DNA from: a virus
Lineage: Duplodnaviria > Caudoviricetes
Strand: one strand, 5' to 3'
IMG/VR virus record: IMGVR_UViG_3300012943_000005
Span: 1-58,911 of that record
Length of the DNA: 58,911 bases
A program made the translations under genes and the position numbers. The notes beneath the pieces are model-generated. The model made no database searches and was not told the DNA's origin. It saw nothing but the letters and a program-made list of their open reading frames with translations. Positions 18,380 to 27,493 of this stretch are shown here, piece after piece. Position 1 is the first letter of the stretch, and each line of letters begins with the position of its first letter.

Positions 18380-18895
18380 ATCCTCGTCGGGCACAACCTC
18401 AGCCTCCCAGATATCGCCCTCCTCGACCTCGGGAGTCAAGGTGGCGGTCATCCGGAACACCCAGTCCTCCAGCTCGGTCTGAGTCGGGGTGGAGATCACC
18501 ACCTCTGCCGGTGCGGCCAGTCCGTAGAGCTTGGTGTAGTCCGCGATCAACTCCCGGGACCGGGAAACCGCGGTTATCTGCTCCGGGTTGGTCGGGTCGA
18601 TGGCCTTGCTCCAGATCCCCCGCAGCAACCGCTCCAGCCGGATGCCCGCCAGCAGTCGGAGCTGGTCCTTGCTGGTGTCGGCAGCCAGTTGCCGCTGGAG
18701 TGCGCGCTCGACCGAGGCCAGCGCCTGCCGCGGAGTGGGGTAGCCCAGCGTCTGGGCGATCTCGGCCCAGTTCGCCCCGGTCATCCGCAGCTGCAACGCC
18801 GCGTCGGCCTTGCGGTTGCGGGCGATCAGGGCACTGTTCTCCCGGCCTGTGGCCGCCACCCCGGTCGGGTCGGAGGAGTCCTGTCGGGTGCCCAT
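18368..18895 (-). CDS. HTH protein, probable terminase small subunit
   Basis: ALQLRMTGANWAEIAQTLGY HTH; KLYGLAAP motif; upstream of the large terminase. Confidence 0.65.
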   Translation of the reverse strand: MGTRQDSSDPTGVAATGRENSALIARNRKADAALQLRMTGANWAEIAQTLGYPTPRQALASVERALQRQLAADTSKDQLRLLAGIRLERLLRGIWSKAIDPTNPEQITAVSRSRELIADYTKLYGLAAPAEVVISTPTQTELEDWVFRMTATLTPEVEEGDIWEAEVVPDEDLAG

Positions 18896-19001
18896 GGGCG
18901 CAGGATACGACTACGTACTTACCGGTGTCACCCTGTGCGAGGATGCCTGCGTTGGACGGACGCCCCACGGAGGGTAGTACCCAGAGCGAGGGAGAGCGCT
19001 G

Positions 19002-20150
19002 ATGGCCAGGTGCGCCTGCGGGAACAGTGCCTGCTCGTGCATCATCACGTCGGCCCCTCAGGGCGGGATCGTGGTGACCGGCAACGGGTCGCCCGAGCAC
19101 CCCTACGAGATCGGCACCGCGGCGGGCGGCAACCCGCTCGACTCCTTGCAGATGGTGAACAGCCCGACGGTGGAGTGGGCTCAGTCCGGCGCAGGCACGG
19201 TCGCGGACAAGCGTCGCTGGATCGCCACCGCGATGGTCGGGATGCGCGAGCTGACCGACGTCTCCAAGACCGACGTGCCGGTTGCCGGCGACGTGGTGCA
19301 GTGGAACGGCTCGGAGTGGGTGTTCGGCACCCCCGGAGCCACCGCGGTGCCGGTCTCCGGTGTCTGGGGCTCCCCGCCGCTGAGCATCTACGGTGCCGAC
19401 TCCACCAAGGGCCGGGAGATCTACACCGACTCCAACGGCGTGATCCGCACCAAGCCGATCGCCTTCAACGCCGCCGCCGCCGGCATCACCGCGTCGACCC
19501 CCGGGTCGTCCTACCCGGTCGGCTACTCGGTGATGCGGGTGCTGAACTCCGACAACACCGCGGGCTCGGGTTGGCCGCTGCCTGCGGGGACCTTCGGCTA
19601 CGTGGAGAACCTGCGGGCGCTGGACAGTAGCAACGTCGTCCAGGTCTGGCACCGGGACACCGCCAGCGCGACCGCCCAGGCGGTCTGGCAGCGCAGCTAC
19701 AGCGGTACCACCTGGCTGCCGTGGACCTGGGTGGGTGGCAACGGGCCGTGCTACTCGGCCCGGAAGACCGCCAGTCAGACGATGCCCACCGCGAACACCT
19801 TCTACACCCTGACCTACGACGCCTCGTCGATCGACGAGGGCGGGATCTCCTACTCCAGCGGTGTGTTCACGGTGCCCTTCCCGGGCAAGTACCAGATCAA
19901 CTGGAACCAGCACTTCCAGGTCACCGGCAGCCCCAGCCTGGTGATCAACCTGTACCAGAACAGCCTGCTCGCCGCAGCCATCTCCAACGCCGGGCAGTCC
20001 GGGAACCACAACCTCAACCTGTCCCGGCTACTGAGGTGCGTCGCCGGGGACACCATCAAGGTGCAGGCGAGGTCGTCGGTGGCCAACACCGTCGCCTACG
20101 GCACCAGTACGCCGTACTCCACCTTCGACATCACCCTGCTGGGAGGCTGA
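19002..20150 (+). CDS. Minor tail fibre: Cys-rich N-terminus, knob-like and C1q-like domains
   Basis: MARCACGNSACSC start; GVFTVPFPGKYQIN and CVAGDTIKV C1q-like patterns. Confidence 0.75.
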   Translation: MARCACGNSACSCIITSAPQGGIVVTGNGSPEHPYEIGTAAGGNPLDSLQMVNSPTVEWAQSGAGTVADKRRWIATAMVGMRELTDVSKTDVPVAGDVVQWNGSEWVFGTPGATAVPVSGVWGSPPLSIYGADSTKGREIYTDSNGVIRTKPIAFNAAAAGITASTPGSSYPVGYSVMRVLNSDNTAGSGWPLPAGTFGYVENLRALDSSNVVQVWHRDTASATAQAVWQRSYSGTTWLPWTWVGGNGPCYSARKTASQTMPTANTFYTLTYDASSIDEGGISYSSGVFTVPFPGKYQINWNQHFQVTGSPSLVINLYQNSLLAAAISNAGQSGNHNLNLSRLLRCVAGDTIKVQARSSVANTVAYGTSTPYSTFDITLLGG

Positions 20151-20151
20151 C

Positions 20152-22188
20152 GTGGCGCGCTGCGGCTGTGCCTCGACCTGCTCCTGCCTGATCGAGGCGG
20201 GCGACGGAGTCCAGGTCGACGGGATCGGCTCGGTCGAGAACCCCTACGTGATCTCCTCCGACGCCGCCGAGCTGCTGGACCGGATCGTCTTCGACGACTC
20301 CTCCTCGGTCGACTTCTCCACCACCGGGACCGGCACCGAACTCACTCCGATGCATGTGACCGCCACGGCCACGCTGGCGATGAGCGACCTGACCGATGTG
20401 CAGAGCGGGGCAGCCAACGGTCAGGTGCTGGTCTGGGTGGACGACCACTGGGAACCGCAGGACCAGAGCGGTGGCAGCGGTGGCAGCGGTATCCCACCGG
20501 GCGGTACCGACGGGCAGGTGCTGACCAAGCAGTCCGACATCGACGGCGACGCCCTCTGGGAGAACCCGACCGGCACGGTCGGGGAGCCGGTCTCCGCCGC
20601 CTCCCGGGGAACCGCCGCCGGACAGTCGATCCCGAACAACGCCGTCACCAAGGTTGCCCTGGAGGTGCTGAACCGCGCCGACAACATGACCTGGGACGGT
20701 GTCAACAACCAGTGGGTGATCGCTGTCATCGGCTGGTATCGGGTCGTGGGCATGTTCCAGTTCGTCGCCCACGCGACCGGCTACCGGGCGGCCTACATCT
20801 ACGTCAACGGCTCCCCGGTGGCGTCGATGTCGGACGTGCCGAACGCGAACACCGCCGGGCAGTCGGTGGTGGCCGTCAAGGACGTGTACCTGACGACCGG
20901 GGACACGGTGGACGTCCGGGTCATCCAGACCTCCGGGGCGTCGCTGGCGCTGTCGGCGGCCGCCACCTACAACTACGCGACGATCACCAAGGTCCCATCC
21001 TCGATCCCGCAGTCGGTGGCGCTGGGGGAGCGGAACTACTCGATCTCCTACCGTCAGGCAGCGGCGGTGTCGTGCCCCACCGGCATCGCCACCCCGGTGC
21101 CGTGGGACACGCTGGACCACACCGAGGGCGGCATCACCAAGGACTCGGCGGGTATCTTCACCGTACCGGTGGCTGGCTACTACCAGGTGAACGCCAAGGT
21201 CGCCTGGGACGCGAACGGGTCCGGTTACCGGCGTATCCGGATCGGGCTGAACGGCTCGTCAGCCGTGATGGGCTACGGGTTCGCCGTGCCGACCGTCAAC
21301 GGCACGCCGACCAGCCAGGTGTCCCGGACGATCAAGTGCGCTGCTGGGGACACCATCCAGGTGTCAGCCGACCAGAACTCCGGGGTGACGCTGGGCACGG
21401 TCGCCAGCACACCGAACAACAGCATCGACATCACCAAGGTGCCCGCTCCTACTGTGGCCGGCTCGGCCGCGTCAGGGTTGTGGGGCGTCACGCCGCTGGA
21501 CATCTACGGCGGCGACTCCCTGGTGGGTCGTGAGGTCTACGTCGACAGCAACGGGCAGCTGCGTGGACGTCCGAACGCCTTCGCCAACACTGGCCCGGTG
21601 ATGTTGCCGACCACGCTACCGGCTGCCTACCCCAACGGCCTGTCCTCGATGTACCTGTCCCCGACCGAGACCACCGGCTCGACCTGGCCGGTCCCGGGCT
21701 CGTTCGCCACCGTGCTCACCCAGCGGCCTCCGGGCGGGACCAACGCCACCCAGATCTGGACCCACCTGACCACCGGTTCCGGTGGGTCCGGCACCAACAT
21801 CCAGGCCCGCTCGGGCAATGCCAGTGGATGGGGGGCCTGGATTCCGATCGGTGGTGGGGACACCGGCTGGGTGGATCTCACCCCGGCCAGTGGGGCGTTC
21901 ACCCACACCAGCGGGCTGACCTGTCAGTACCGGGTCTGGGGTCAGATGACCTACCTGCGTGGAACGGTGACCAAGTCGTCCAACTACGCGACCGGAGATG
22001 TACCGTTCAACCTGCCCGCCGCGGCACTGCCGTCCCGGAGAGCACTGTTCCCGGTCACCTGCAACGTCTTCGCCGCGATGCGCGCCGACATCACCGCAGC
22101 CGGGGCGGTGACGATCAGCGTGCCCGCCGGCGTTTCCGCCACTCAGCTGTGCCTGGATGGCATCGTGTACGAGAAGATCCAGACCTAG
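20152..22188 (+). CDS. Minor tail fibre: Cys-rich N-terminus, two C1q-like domains, knob-like and distal domains
   Basis: MARCGCASTCSC start; GQVLTK linker; FTVPVAGYYQVN; DTGWVDL...YRVWGQMTYLRG distal domain. Confidence 0.75.
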   Translation: MARCGCASTCSCLIEAGDGVQVDGIGSVENPYVISSDAAELLDRIVFDDSSSVDFSTTGTGTELTPMHVTATATLAMSDLTDVQSGAANGQVLVWVDDHWEPQDQSGGSGGSGIPPGGTDGQVLTKQSDIDGDALWENPTGTVGEPVSAASRGTAAGQSIPNNAVTKVALEVLNRADNMTWDGVNNQWVIAVIGWYRVVGMFQFVAHATGYRAAYIYVNGSPVASMSDVPNANTAGQSVVAVKDVYLTTGDTVDVRVIQTSGASLALSAAATYNYATITKVPSSIPQSVALGERNYSISYRQAAAVSCPTGIATPVPWDTLDHTEGGITKDSAGIFTVPVAGYYQVNAKVAWDANGSGYRRIRIGLNGSSAVMGYGFAVPTVNGTPTSQVSRTIKCAAGDTIQVSADQNSGVTLGTVASTPNNSIDITKVPAPTVAGSAASGLWGVTPLDIYGGDSLVGREVYVDSNGQLRGRPNAFANTGPVMLPTTLPAAYPNGLSSMYLSPTETTGSTWPVPGSFATVLTQRPPGGTNATQIWTHLTTGSGGSGTNIQARSGNASGWGAWIPIGGGDTGWVDLTPASGAFTHTSGLTCQYRVWGQMTYLRGTVTKSSNYATGDVPFNLPAAALPSRRALFPVTCNVFAAMRADITAAGAVTISVPAGVSATQLCLDGIVYEKIQT

Positions 22189-22196
22189 GAGACCTC

Positions 22197-22487
22197 ATGG
22201 CCTACGCAGACGTCGCAGCTCTCGCCAACGACGCTGACTTCAACGCCCGCACCATTGCCTGCGTGGCCACCGAGAACACCGCCGGAGCAGGCTACGGGGA
22301 CCCCGGGATGTGGGCCGCGCAGCACACCTGGGCCATGGCCTCCCAGCCGGGCTTCGGGGAGGCCTACGCCTCGGCTCTCGCCGGAGGTGTGGAGCGACCG
22401 GGCCGGGACCAGTCCGTGATCAGCGACAGCCAGGTGCTGAGTGCTGTGCAGACCATCGCCGCGAGCGAGTCAGCGCAGGCTGAGTAG
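22197..22487 (+). CDS. Small protein after the tail fibres (possible chaperone)
   Basis: MAYADVAALANDADF...ISDSQVLSAVQ; AGGAG RBS. Confidence 0.7.
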   Translation: MAYADVAALANDADFNARTIACVATENTAGAGYGDPGMWAAQHTWAMASQPGFGEAYASALAGGVERPGRDQSVISDSQVLSAVQTIAASESAQAE

Positions 22488-23009
22488 GAAGTCCAGCCGG
22501 TCCCGGTCAGTCTCGCCCGGGACGTCGAACCAGGACGCCGCCTGGTCGGCGGTCAGGGTGACCGTGACGGTGTAGGTGAGCACCGGCTCGACCGGCTCCG
22601 GCAGTGGAGGTGGCAGGACGTAGCCGGTGGCCGCCAGCTGCAGCTCGGTGGCCGCCAGGGTGTCCAGCAGCGGCTGCAGCAGGCCCTGGTCGACGATCGC
22701 CAGCCGGGCCAGCTCGTTGTCGCCGAGCAGAATGCGCAGCGCCACCTCGTCGCTGACCTCCAGCCACACCACCGGGATCTCGGTGGCCCCCAGACTGAGG
22801 CAAGCGGCGTAGGTGGTGTTGCCCGCGAGGATGAAGCCGGTGCTGCGCTGAGCGTAGACCGGGCGGTACATCCCCACGACCTCGATCGAGGTGGCGATCT
22901 CATCCGCATCACCCGAGGAGGGGTTGTCGGGGTGTGGGCGCAGCTGATCGACGGGTGTCAGCAGGCCGGCCAGGTCGTCGTGGTAGCGGACCTGGCCGGA
23001 TGTGATCAC
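22470..23009 (-). CDS. ParB/Srx-like domain protein
   Basis: PVDQLRPHPDNP...IATSI...GMYRP...ILAGN...LGDN. Confidence 0.75.
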   Translation of the reverse strand: MITSGQVRYHDDLAGLLTPVDQLRPHPDNPSSGDADEIATSIEVVGMYRPVYAQRSTGFILAGNTTYAACLSLGATEIPVVWLEVSDEVALRILLGDNELARLAIVDQGLLQPLLDTLAATELQLAATGYVLPPPLPEPVEPVLTYTVTVTLTADQAASWFDVPGETDRDRLDFLLSLR

Positions 23010-23197
23010 CTCGTAGCCCCCTTGGCACAGATGGTGCACGGTTTGGCCTTCTTCGCGGAGGCTTTCCTGGCTGTGGCCTTCTTCGCCTTGGCCTCCGGCG
23101 CGCCTGAGGCCACTCTGGCGTCAGCAGCCTTCTTGGCCTTCTCGAAGCTCACCTTCTTGAGCTTCGCCGCTCGCTTGGAACAGCATTTCACCGCCAT
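23006..23197 (-). CDS. Small basic K/A-rich protein
   Basis: 63 aa, coupled overlaps, CC and CxxC. Confidence 0.6.
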   Translation of the reverse strand: MAVKCCSKRAAKLKKVSFEKAKKAADARVASGAPEAKAKKATARKASAKKAKPCTICAKGATR

Positions 23198-23544
23198 CAG
23201 AGACCCCTGGTGATGTTATCCACGGCTAAAGGCACGGTGGAGACGTACCAGTGCCGCGGATTTGCCCCCTCGGCCCCGTCCAAGGCCATTCTGATGTGGA
23301 GGGGGACCTTGTTCACGTGCGCCCAGAACGTCCAGGGCACCGCAATATCGGTGTTCACCTCGCAGACCCACTCCATCCGGTTGCAGTTGAGCATGTAACT
23401 GGTCAGACCGATCTCGTGCGGGTCCGGATGCTCCAGATCGGAGAGCCAGATCAGCCCCCGGTAGGCCACGTTCGGAGCGTAGAGCATCATGTCGGCCTCG
23501 ATCCGCCGCTTCCCGTGTGTGCACGTTCTATGCAGCAGCCTCAT
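23197..23544 (-). CDS. Hypothetical protein
   Basis: 115 aa MRLLHRTC...; ATGA overlap. Confidence 0.65.
   Translation of the reverse strand: MRLLHRTCTHGKRRIEADMMLYAPNVAYRGLIWLSDLEHPDPHEIGLTSYMLNCNRMEWVCEVNTDIAVPWTFWAHVNKVPLHIRMALDGAEGANPRHWYVSTVPLAVDNITRGL
23216..23229 (-). repeat. Junction palindrome (TTAGCCGTGGATAA on minus)
   Basis: 19 nt upstream of the 23197 start. Confidence 0.85.
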
Positions 23545-23798
23545 CGCAGGTCCTCCCCCGGGGTCACTAGTCGGGGGAAGGGGTCGTGCACCTGCTGGTT
23601 CACCTGCTCGGCCAGTTTGTCGGCCCAGGCGTAGGCCTCCTCCTCGACGTAGAAACTCCAGGACCATTCCTTCTTATCGGTGCAGGCCAGGGTCACCTGC
23701 CAGCGCTCCCGCGAGCCCTCGTAGTTGTGATGGTTGACGTACACCGCCACCACCCGGGCAGGGTTCACCCACATCTGATGGACGAGAACCAGCATCAC
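23541..23798 (-). CDS. Hypothetical protein
   Basis: 85 aa, GAGGAG RBS, coupled. Confidence 0.65.
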   Translation of the reverse strand: MMLVLVHQMWVNPARVVAVYVNHHNYEGSRERWQVTLACTDKKEWSWSFYVEEEAYAWADKLAEQVNQQVHDPFPRLVTPGEDLR

Positions 23799-23953
23799 TC
23801 CTCCTCGTCCAGCGCATCGGCGATCTCCCGGAGCAGCTGACCGACCTCGGGCTCCTGGCCCCGTTCGATCAGCACCACCTCACCCACCGGGAACGTCTGC
23901 ACGGTGTCGTTGTCGTGGTCGTGCACCTCCAGGATCACCTTGGCCGTGATCAC
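23795..23953 (-). CDS. Hypothetical protein
   Basis: GTGA overlap, 52 aa. Confidence 0.55.
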   Translation of the reverse strand: MITAKVILEVHDHDNDTVQTFPVGEVVLIERGQEPEVGQLLREIADALDEEE

Positions 23954-24144
23954 TGCGACCACTCCGGCTTCGCCTTCACGAACCCTTTCCGGCAGTCGGC
24001 CAACTCGGCCCTGAGCCTCAGCACCTCGGCGGCGAGCACGGCACGGTCGCGCCACGCCTGCCGGGCTACGTCGACCCCCGACGTCGCCAGGTTCCACTCC
24101 GGCTCCTTCTCGGCACGACCGATGGCGTCGTCCACGTCACTCAT
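23950..24144 (-). CDS. Hypothetical protein
   Basis: 64 aa, coiled-coil LAAEVLRLRAEL. Confidence 0.6.
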   Translation of the reverse strand: MSDVDDAIGRAEKEPEWNLATSGVDVARQAWRDRAVLAAEVLRLRAELADCRKGFVKAKPEWSQ

Positions 24145-24292
24145 GCCTCACCAGCTCCCCCTGGATCGCCCTTGTGCACGCCGAGCACACCTCCAGGTCG
24201 TCGTTGTCGGGGGTGAGGGCCTTGATCGGGACACCGCACCTGGCACAGGTGGAGTCGTAGAACCTCTTCCCGAACACCTCGCGCTCACTCAC
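24137..24292 (-). CDS. Small Zn-finger protein
   Basis: CARC...CSAC. Confidence 0.55.
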   Translation of the reverse strand: MSEREVFGKRFYDSTCARCGVPIKALTPDNDDLEVCSACTRAIQGELVRHE

Positions 24293-24693
24293 CGCTCGAT
24301 CCTCTTGTTGCAGAGCCCACACAGCGTGCCCCATCCGTGGACCTTCCACGCCGACCTCGGGTGCGAGCACTCCTCCGGTATCACGGTGGCCACTGGTTGC
24401 TCCTGTCGAGTTACGTCGTCTGTTCGTTGGGGGACCTCTGCCCTGATGGCACGGTTCCGTTGCACAGCCTTCGCCTGAGCCTCGACCCCACCCTCCAGGA
24501 ACTCCCGGTGCTCGTCGATGACCTCGGTCGGCGTCATCACCTTCCTGGCGAACTGGTCGGCTGCCTGCATCTCCCGGGTCCGGCCCAGCCGCATCTCGAT
24601 CGCACGCCTGATCCAGACCACACGAGGAACATCCCCTCTAGCGTCGTCCACCTCGGCTCCCAGAGAGTCCTCCAGCTCCAGCCTGATCTGCAT
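24289..24693 (-). CDS. Ribbon-helix-helix protein with C-terminal Zn finger
   Basis: MQIRLEL...VDDARGDVPRVVWIRRAIEMRL; CSH...CGLC. Confidence 0.7.
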   Translation of the reverse strand: MQIRLELEDSLGAEVDDARGDVPRVVWIRRAIEMRLGRTREMQAADQFARKVMTPTEVIDEHREFLEGGVEAQAKAVQRNRAIRAEVPQRTDDVTRQEQPVATVIPEECSHPRSAWKVHGWGTLCGLCNKRIER

Positions 24694-24876
24694 GTCCCTC
24701 AGTGTACATCAGTATCCAGTTCTGGACTACCAGGTACATCGCAATCCGAATCCAAAATGGTGGATATCCACAGGACCGCCTAGCGGAGCCCGCCCCCGCG
24801 CGCACGCGCGGTTCGGGAGGGTGGGGGGTTGCCTAGTGTCCCGCTAGGGTCACGGGCCAGCCCGTGGCCGACAGCC

Positions 24877-24890
24877 TTAGCCATGGCTAA
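24877..24890. repeat. Junction palindrome TTAGCCATGGCTAA
   Basis: Perfect palindrome in the divergent intergenic region. Confidence 0.9.
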
Positions 24891-24928
24891 ACCCACTCTC
24901 ACTAGGTCTTAGTCATGGTGGGTCCTAG

Positions 24929-24956
24929 TTGCGTTGCGTTTGCCAACTGCTAGACT
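24929..24956 (+). promoter_or_regulatory. Early-type promoter
   Basis: TTGCGT-N16-TAGACT with TGn extension. Confidence 0.7.
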
Positions 24957-25019
24957 GAAGGTCCGGGTGAGTCATGCCCGGAGACCGGATGCTGTGAACC
25001 GCCGTGGTTCACCCGGTCT

Positions 25020-25033
25020 TTAGCCCCGGCTAA
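25020..25033. repeat. Junction palindrome TTAGCCCCGGCTAA
   Basis: Upstream of the 25056 RBS. Confidence 0.9.
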
Positions 25034-25055
25034 GCCGGAGATTGGAGTACCGACC

Positions 25056-26021
25056 ATGACTGTGGTCGAGACCATCACCACGACAGCCCTGCCAACGGTG
25101 CTGTCACCTGACGAGTCCGCACTGCTGGCACGTCTGGTCGAGCGTCAGACTGACGTTGGGGCGGAAATCCTTGCTAGCAAGGAATCCGCCGAGAAGATCG
25201 GTAAGGAAGCCGCCGGTCTGTTCCGCACCATGGCTGCCACTGAGACCAAAGCAATGGAGTCCAAAGCCATTGCAGGGGCCTATGTCCACCGTGCCCTCGT
25301 GCAGCAGAACGTCATGTTGTCCAAGGACGTGGCGGCGCTGTTGAAGGTGGACCCCACCCGTGTGACTCAGTACGGGTACGTGGCCAAGTGGTTGTTCGTG
25401 GTCGGTGGTGAGGCAAGCAACCCGCTCCACCGTTCCATCGCTGACAAGTTGTCCAAGTCCAAGGCTGTGCGCGATGCGGTCTTGAAGGACGGCGCGACCG
25501 TGGCAAGCGTGGAGCAGGCCTACACGCTGGCAACCGATCCGGAGGCCAAGCGGCAGGCTGCCACGGCTCGGCAGCAGGCACGCTCCACCGCATCACCGCA
25601 AGGTGACGACAGCGGAGCAGGGTCGGCGGCCACCACCTCCACCGCGCCACGAGACAGCGCTCCGGCGTGGACGTTGCCCGCGTCGCTGCCCGTCGCGTTG
25701 GATCAGGCGGAAGCCATGGTCGCTAAGTTCGGTGGGAAGGCCCTGCCCGCTAAGGAGTGGGTGCGGGTGTACGAACTCCACTCGACTCTCGATGCGTGGC
25801 TGAACGGCGACGAGACGGCGCGCGCCGCTGGCATGGCGCTCCTTGCCAAGGCAACCGCCTCCGGTGACACGCGGGAGGCCTCACCTGCCACCGTTGCCAA
25901 GGCTGCCCGGACCCGGAAGTCCACTCGGACCCGGGCTGCCAAGGCCAGCGTGGAGCAGGCACCTTCGGGCGAGCCCGCGTCGGCGCTCGCGCCGGATGCC
26001 GTGGTGACCGCTAGCGCCTAG
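25056..26021 (+). CDS. Hypothetical 321-aa protein, first gene of the rightward arm
   Basis: GGAG RBS; possible HTH (SKDVAALLKVDPTRVTQY); Ala-rich basic tail. Confidence 0.75.
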   Translation: MTVVETITTTALPTVLSPDESALLARLVERQTDVGAEILASKESAEKIGKEAAGLFRTMAATETKAMESKAIAGAYVHRALVQQNVMLSKDVAALLKVDPTRVTQYGYVAKWLFVVGGEASNPLHRSIADKLSKSKAVRDAVLKDGATVASVEQAYTLATDPEAKRQAATARQQARSTASPQGDDSGAGSAATTSTAPRDSAPAWTLPASLPVALDQAEAMVAKFGGKALPAKEWVRVYELHSTLDAWLNGDETARAAGMALLAKATASGDTREASPATVAKAARTRKSTRTRAAKASVEQAPSGEPASALAPDAVVTASA

Positions 26022-26034
26022 GCCTTCAGTGTGG

Positions 26035-26059
26035 TGCACGGGACCCGCTCCCGTGCACT
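26035..26059 (+). terminator. Hairpin after the 321-aa gene
   Basis: gtgcacggga pairs with tcccgtgcac. Confidence 0.5.
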
Positions 26060-26102
26060 GCATGGTCTGCCTAGACCACATCCCTACCGATAGGAGCAAC
26101 CC

Positions 26103-26231
26103 ATGTTCGTCCGAGTCCTGACCGTCGCGTGGTGGCTGATGCCGCTCGCGCTGTTCATCGCGCTAGGCCTGCACGGGCAGGCAGCGCACTACGTCTGCAC
26201 CGACACCACGTGTGTGTGGGTGACCCGGTGA
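26103..26231 (+). CDS. 42-aa membrane peptide
   Basis: GGAGCAACC RBS; MFVRVLTVAWWLMPLALFIALG. Confidence 0.6.
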   Translation: MFVRVLTVAWWLMPLALFIALGLHGQAAHYVCTDTTCVWVTR

Positions 26232-26428
26232 TGCGCACCCGCGTCGGGCACGGCGCGACTCAGACAGTCGTGACCGTCACCCGCTCCCACCTGCTGGATA
26301 GCGTCGCGGTCTGGTCCGTCGTGCGCGACGGCACCGCACTCCACCACGGTCTCGTGCGACCCGCGAGCGCACTCTCGCTCGCGCTCGCTCGCGCGGGACG
26401 CGCTAGTGGGGAGTGGCCCTCCCGCTAG
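26231..26428 (+). CDS. Hypothetical protein
   Basis: TGATG coupling. Confidence 0.45.
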   Translation: MRTRVGHGATQTVVTVTRSHLLDSVAVWSVVRDGTALHHGLVRPASALSLALARAGRASGEWPSR

Positions 26429-26522
26429 CGGGAGCCCGGCCTTCCGGGGCCGGGCCTCCCCCCCCTCCCCCCGCGCGGGACCCGACCACCCCCGCGCGGA
26501 ATCCCCCCGCCGTGGGGATTCC
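26401..26522. other. Four tandem GC-rich hairpins and a C-tract
   Basis: Stems at 26401-26430, 26434-26455, 26471-26499 and 26498-26522. Confidence 0.6.
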
Positions 26523-26559
26523 GGTCAGTCAATGAACCGCAGAACGTAGTCCCGTGGCA

Positions 26560-26573
26560 TTAGCCGCGGATAA
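26560..26573 (+). repeat. Junction palindrome TTAGCCGCGGATAA
   Basis: Upstream of 26608. Confidence 0.9.
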
Positions 26574-26607
26574 ACCGATCAATCATCATCAATGAACGGA
26601 GCAACCA

Positions 26608-26967
26608 ATGTCGAACTACCGACACCTGATCGCAGCCGCCGCGCTCGCAACAGTGGTCACCCTCACCCCGACCGTGGCTGAAGCCGGCACCGCTGGCAGC
26701 GTGACCGCACGGGAGGGCCACCGCGTCATCATCGCGGCCGATACCCAGCAGTGCCTGACTCTGAAGGAGGTCCGTCGCCTCGTGCATGGCTCGGGGGTCA
26801 AGGCAGCCGGCGACTATTCCGGCCGCTATCAGACCTGGCGGGGCAAGGGCAGAGTCTCGTTCCTGGACGTCACATTCGAGCACGGCTGCGCGTACGGGGT
26901 TTGGCTGGACTATGACAACGGTCGCCAGCTCGCCTGGACGGACCAGAACAACCCGGCCTTCCGATGA
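26608..26967 (+). CDS. Secreted or exported protein
   Basis: Signal-peptide-like N-terminus ending near AEA; GGAGCAACC RBS. Confidence 0.75.
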   Translation: MSNYRHLIAAAALATVVTLTPTVAEAGTAGSVTAREGHRVIIAADTQQCLTLKEVRRLVHGSGVKAAGDYSGRYQTWRGKGRVSFLDVTFEHGCAYGVWLDYDNGRQLAWTDQNNPAFR

Positions 26968-27170
26968 GCCTGCTGACCACCATCGGCACGAGGCCGGTAG
27001 CCACGGCTAAACCCGTGCTGGTGCACCACACCACGGGCTGCCGCAAGAACGTGCACGCCCGGACCCGCGACGTGTGGGCCGTGTCCTGCCCGCGCTGCCG
27101 GCGCAGCCGCTACGTCCGGAGGTTCTGGGTCAACCTCCGGCGCACCGTCAAGACCCTGAGCCACAGATAA
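26964..27170 (+). CDS. Small Zn-ribbon protein
   Basis: H...C...CPRC; ATGA overlap. Confidence 0.6.
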   Translation: MSLLTTIGTRPVATAKPVLVHHTTGCRKNVHARTRDVWAVSCPRCRRSRYVRRFWVNLRRTVKTLSHR

Positions 27171-27198
27171 ACCTCAACCAACGAAGGAGCAACCGACC

Positions 27199-27417
27199 AT
27201 GTACGTCCTCCGCTACTCGACCACTACCCCGCCACCCACCATCCAGGTGGACCTCACACCCGAGCAGACGCACTGCGAACTCGACCACGAGGGTGGGGTG
27301 TGCGGTCGCAGGCTGACCGCGATCAGGCGGCGCTGCCCCCTCCACGGGGACGGCTTCCCCGTCCTCACCGACGACCGGACCGAAGACCTCTGGCCGCAGG
27401 GCTGGCGTCACGTCTGA
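27199..27417 (+). CDS. Hypothetical Cys/His protein
   Basis: AAGGAGCAACC RBS. Confidence 0.65.
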   Translation: MYVLRYSTTTPPPTIQVDLTPEQTHCELDHEGGVCGRRLTAIRRRCPLHGDGFPVLTDDRTEDLWPQGWRHV

Positions 27418-27493
27418 CCACCCCAACCCGCTCCGGCGGGTCTGGTCGCTGCCCCGACGATCGGGGGACGGGGCAGCGTCCAGGCCATCCGGC

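Noticed and set aside
19002-22487. Invertible fibre switch or diversity-generating retroelement
   Set aside because: No recombinase, flanking inverted repeats, reverse transcriptase or adenine-specific repeat pair was seen
22470-23009. ParABS plasmid partition system
   Set aside because: No ParA ATPase seen, and the protein has only the N-terminal ParB/Srx-like domain
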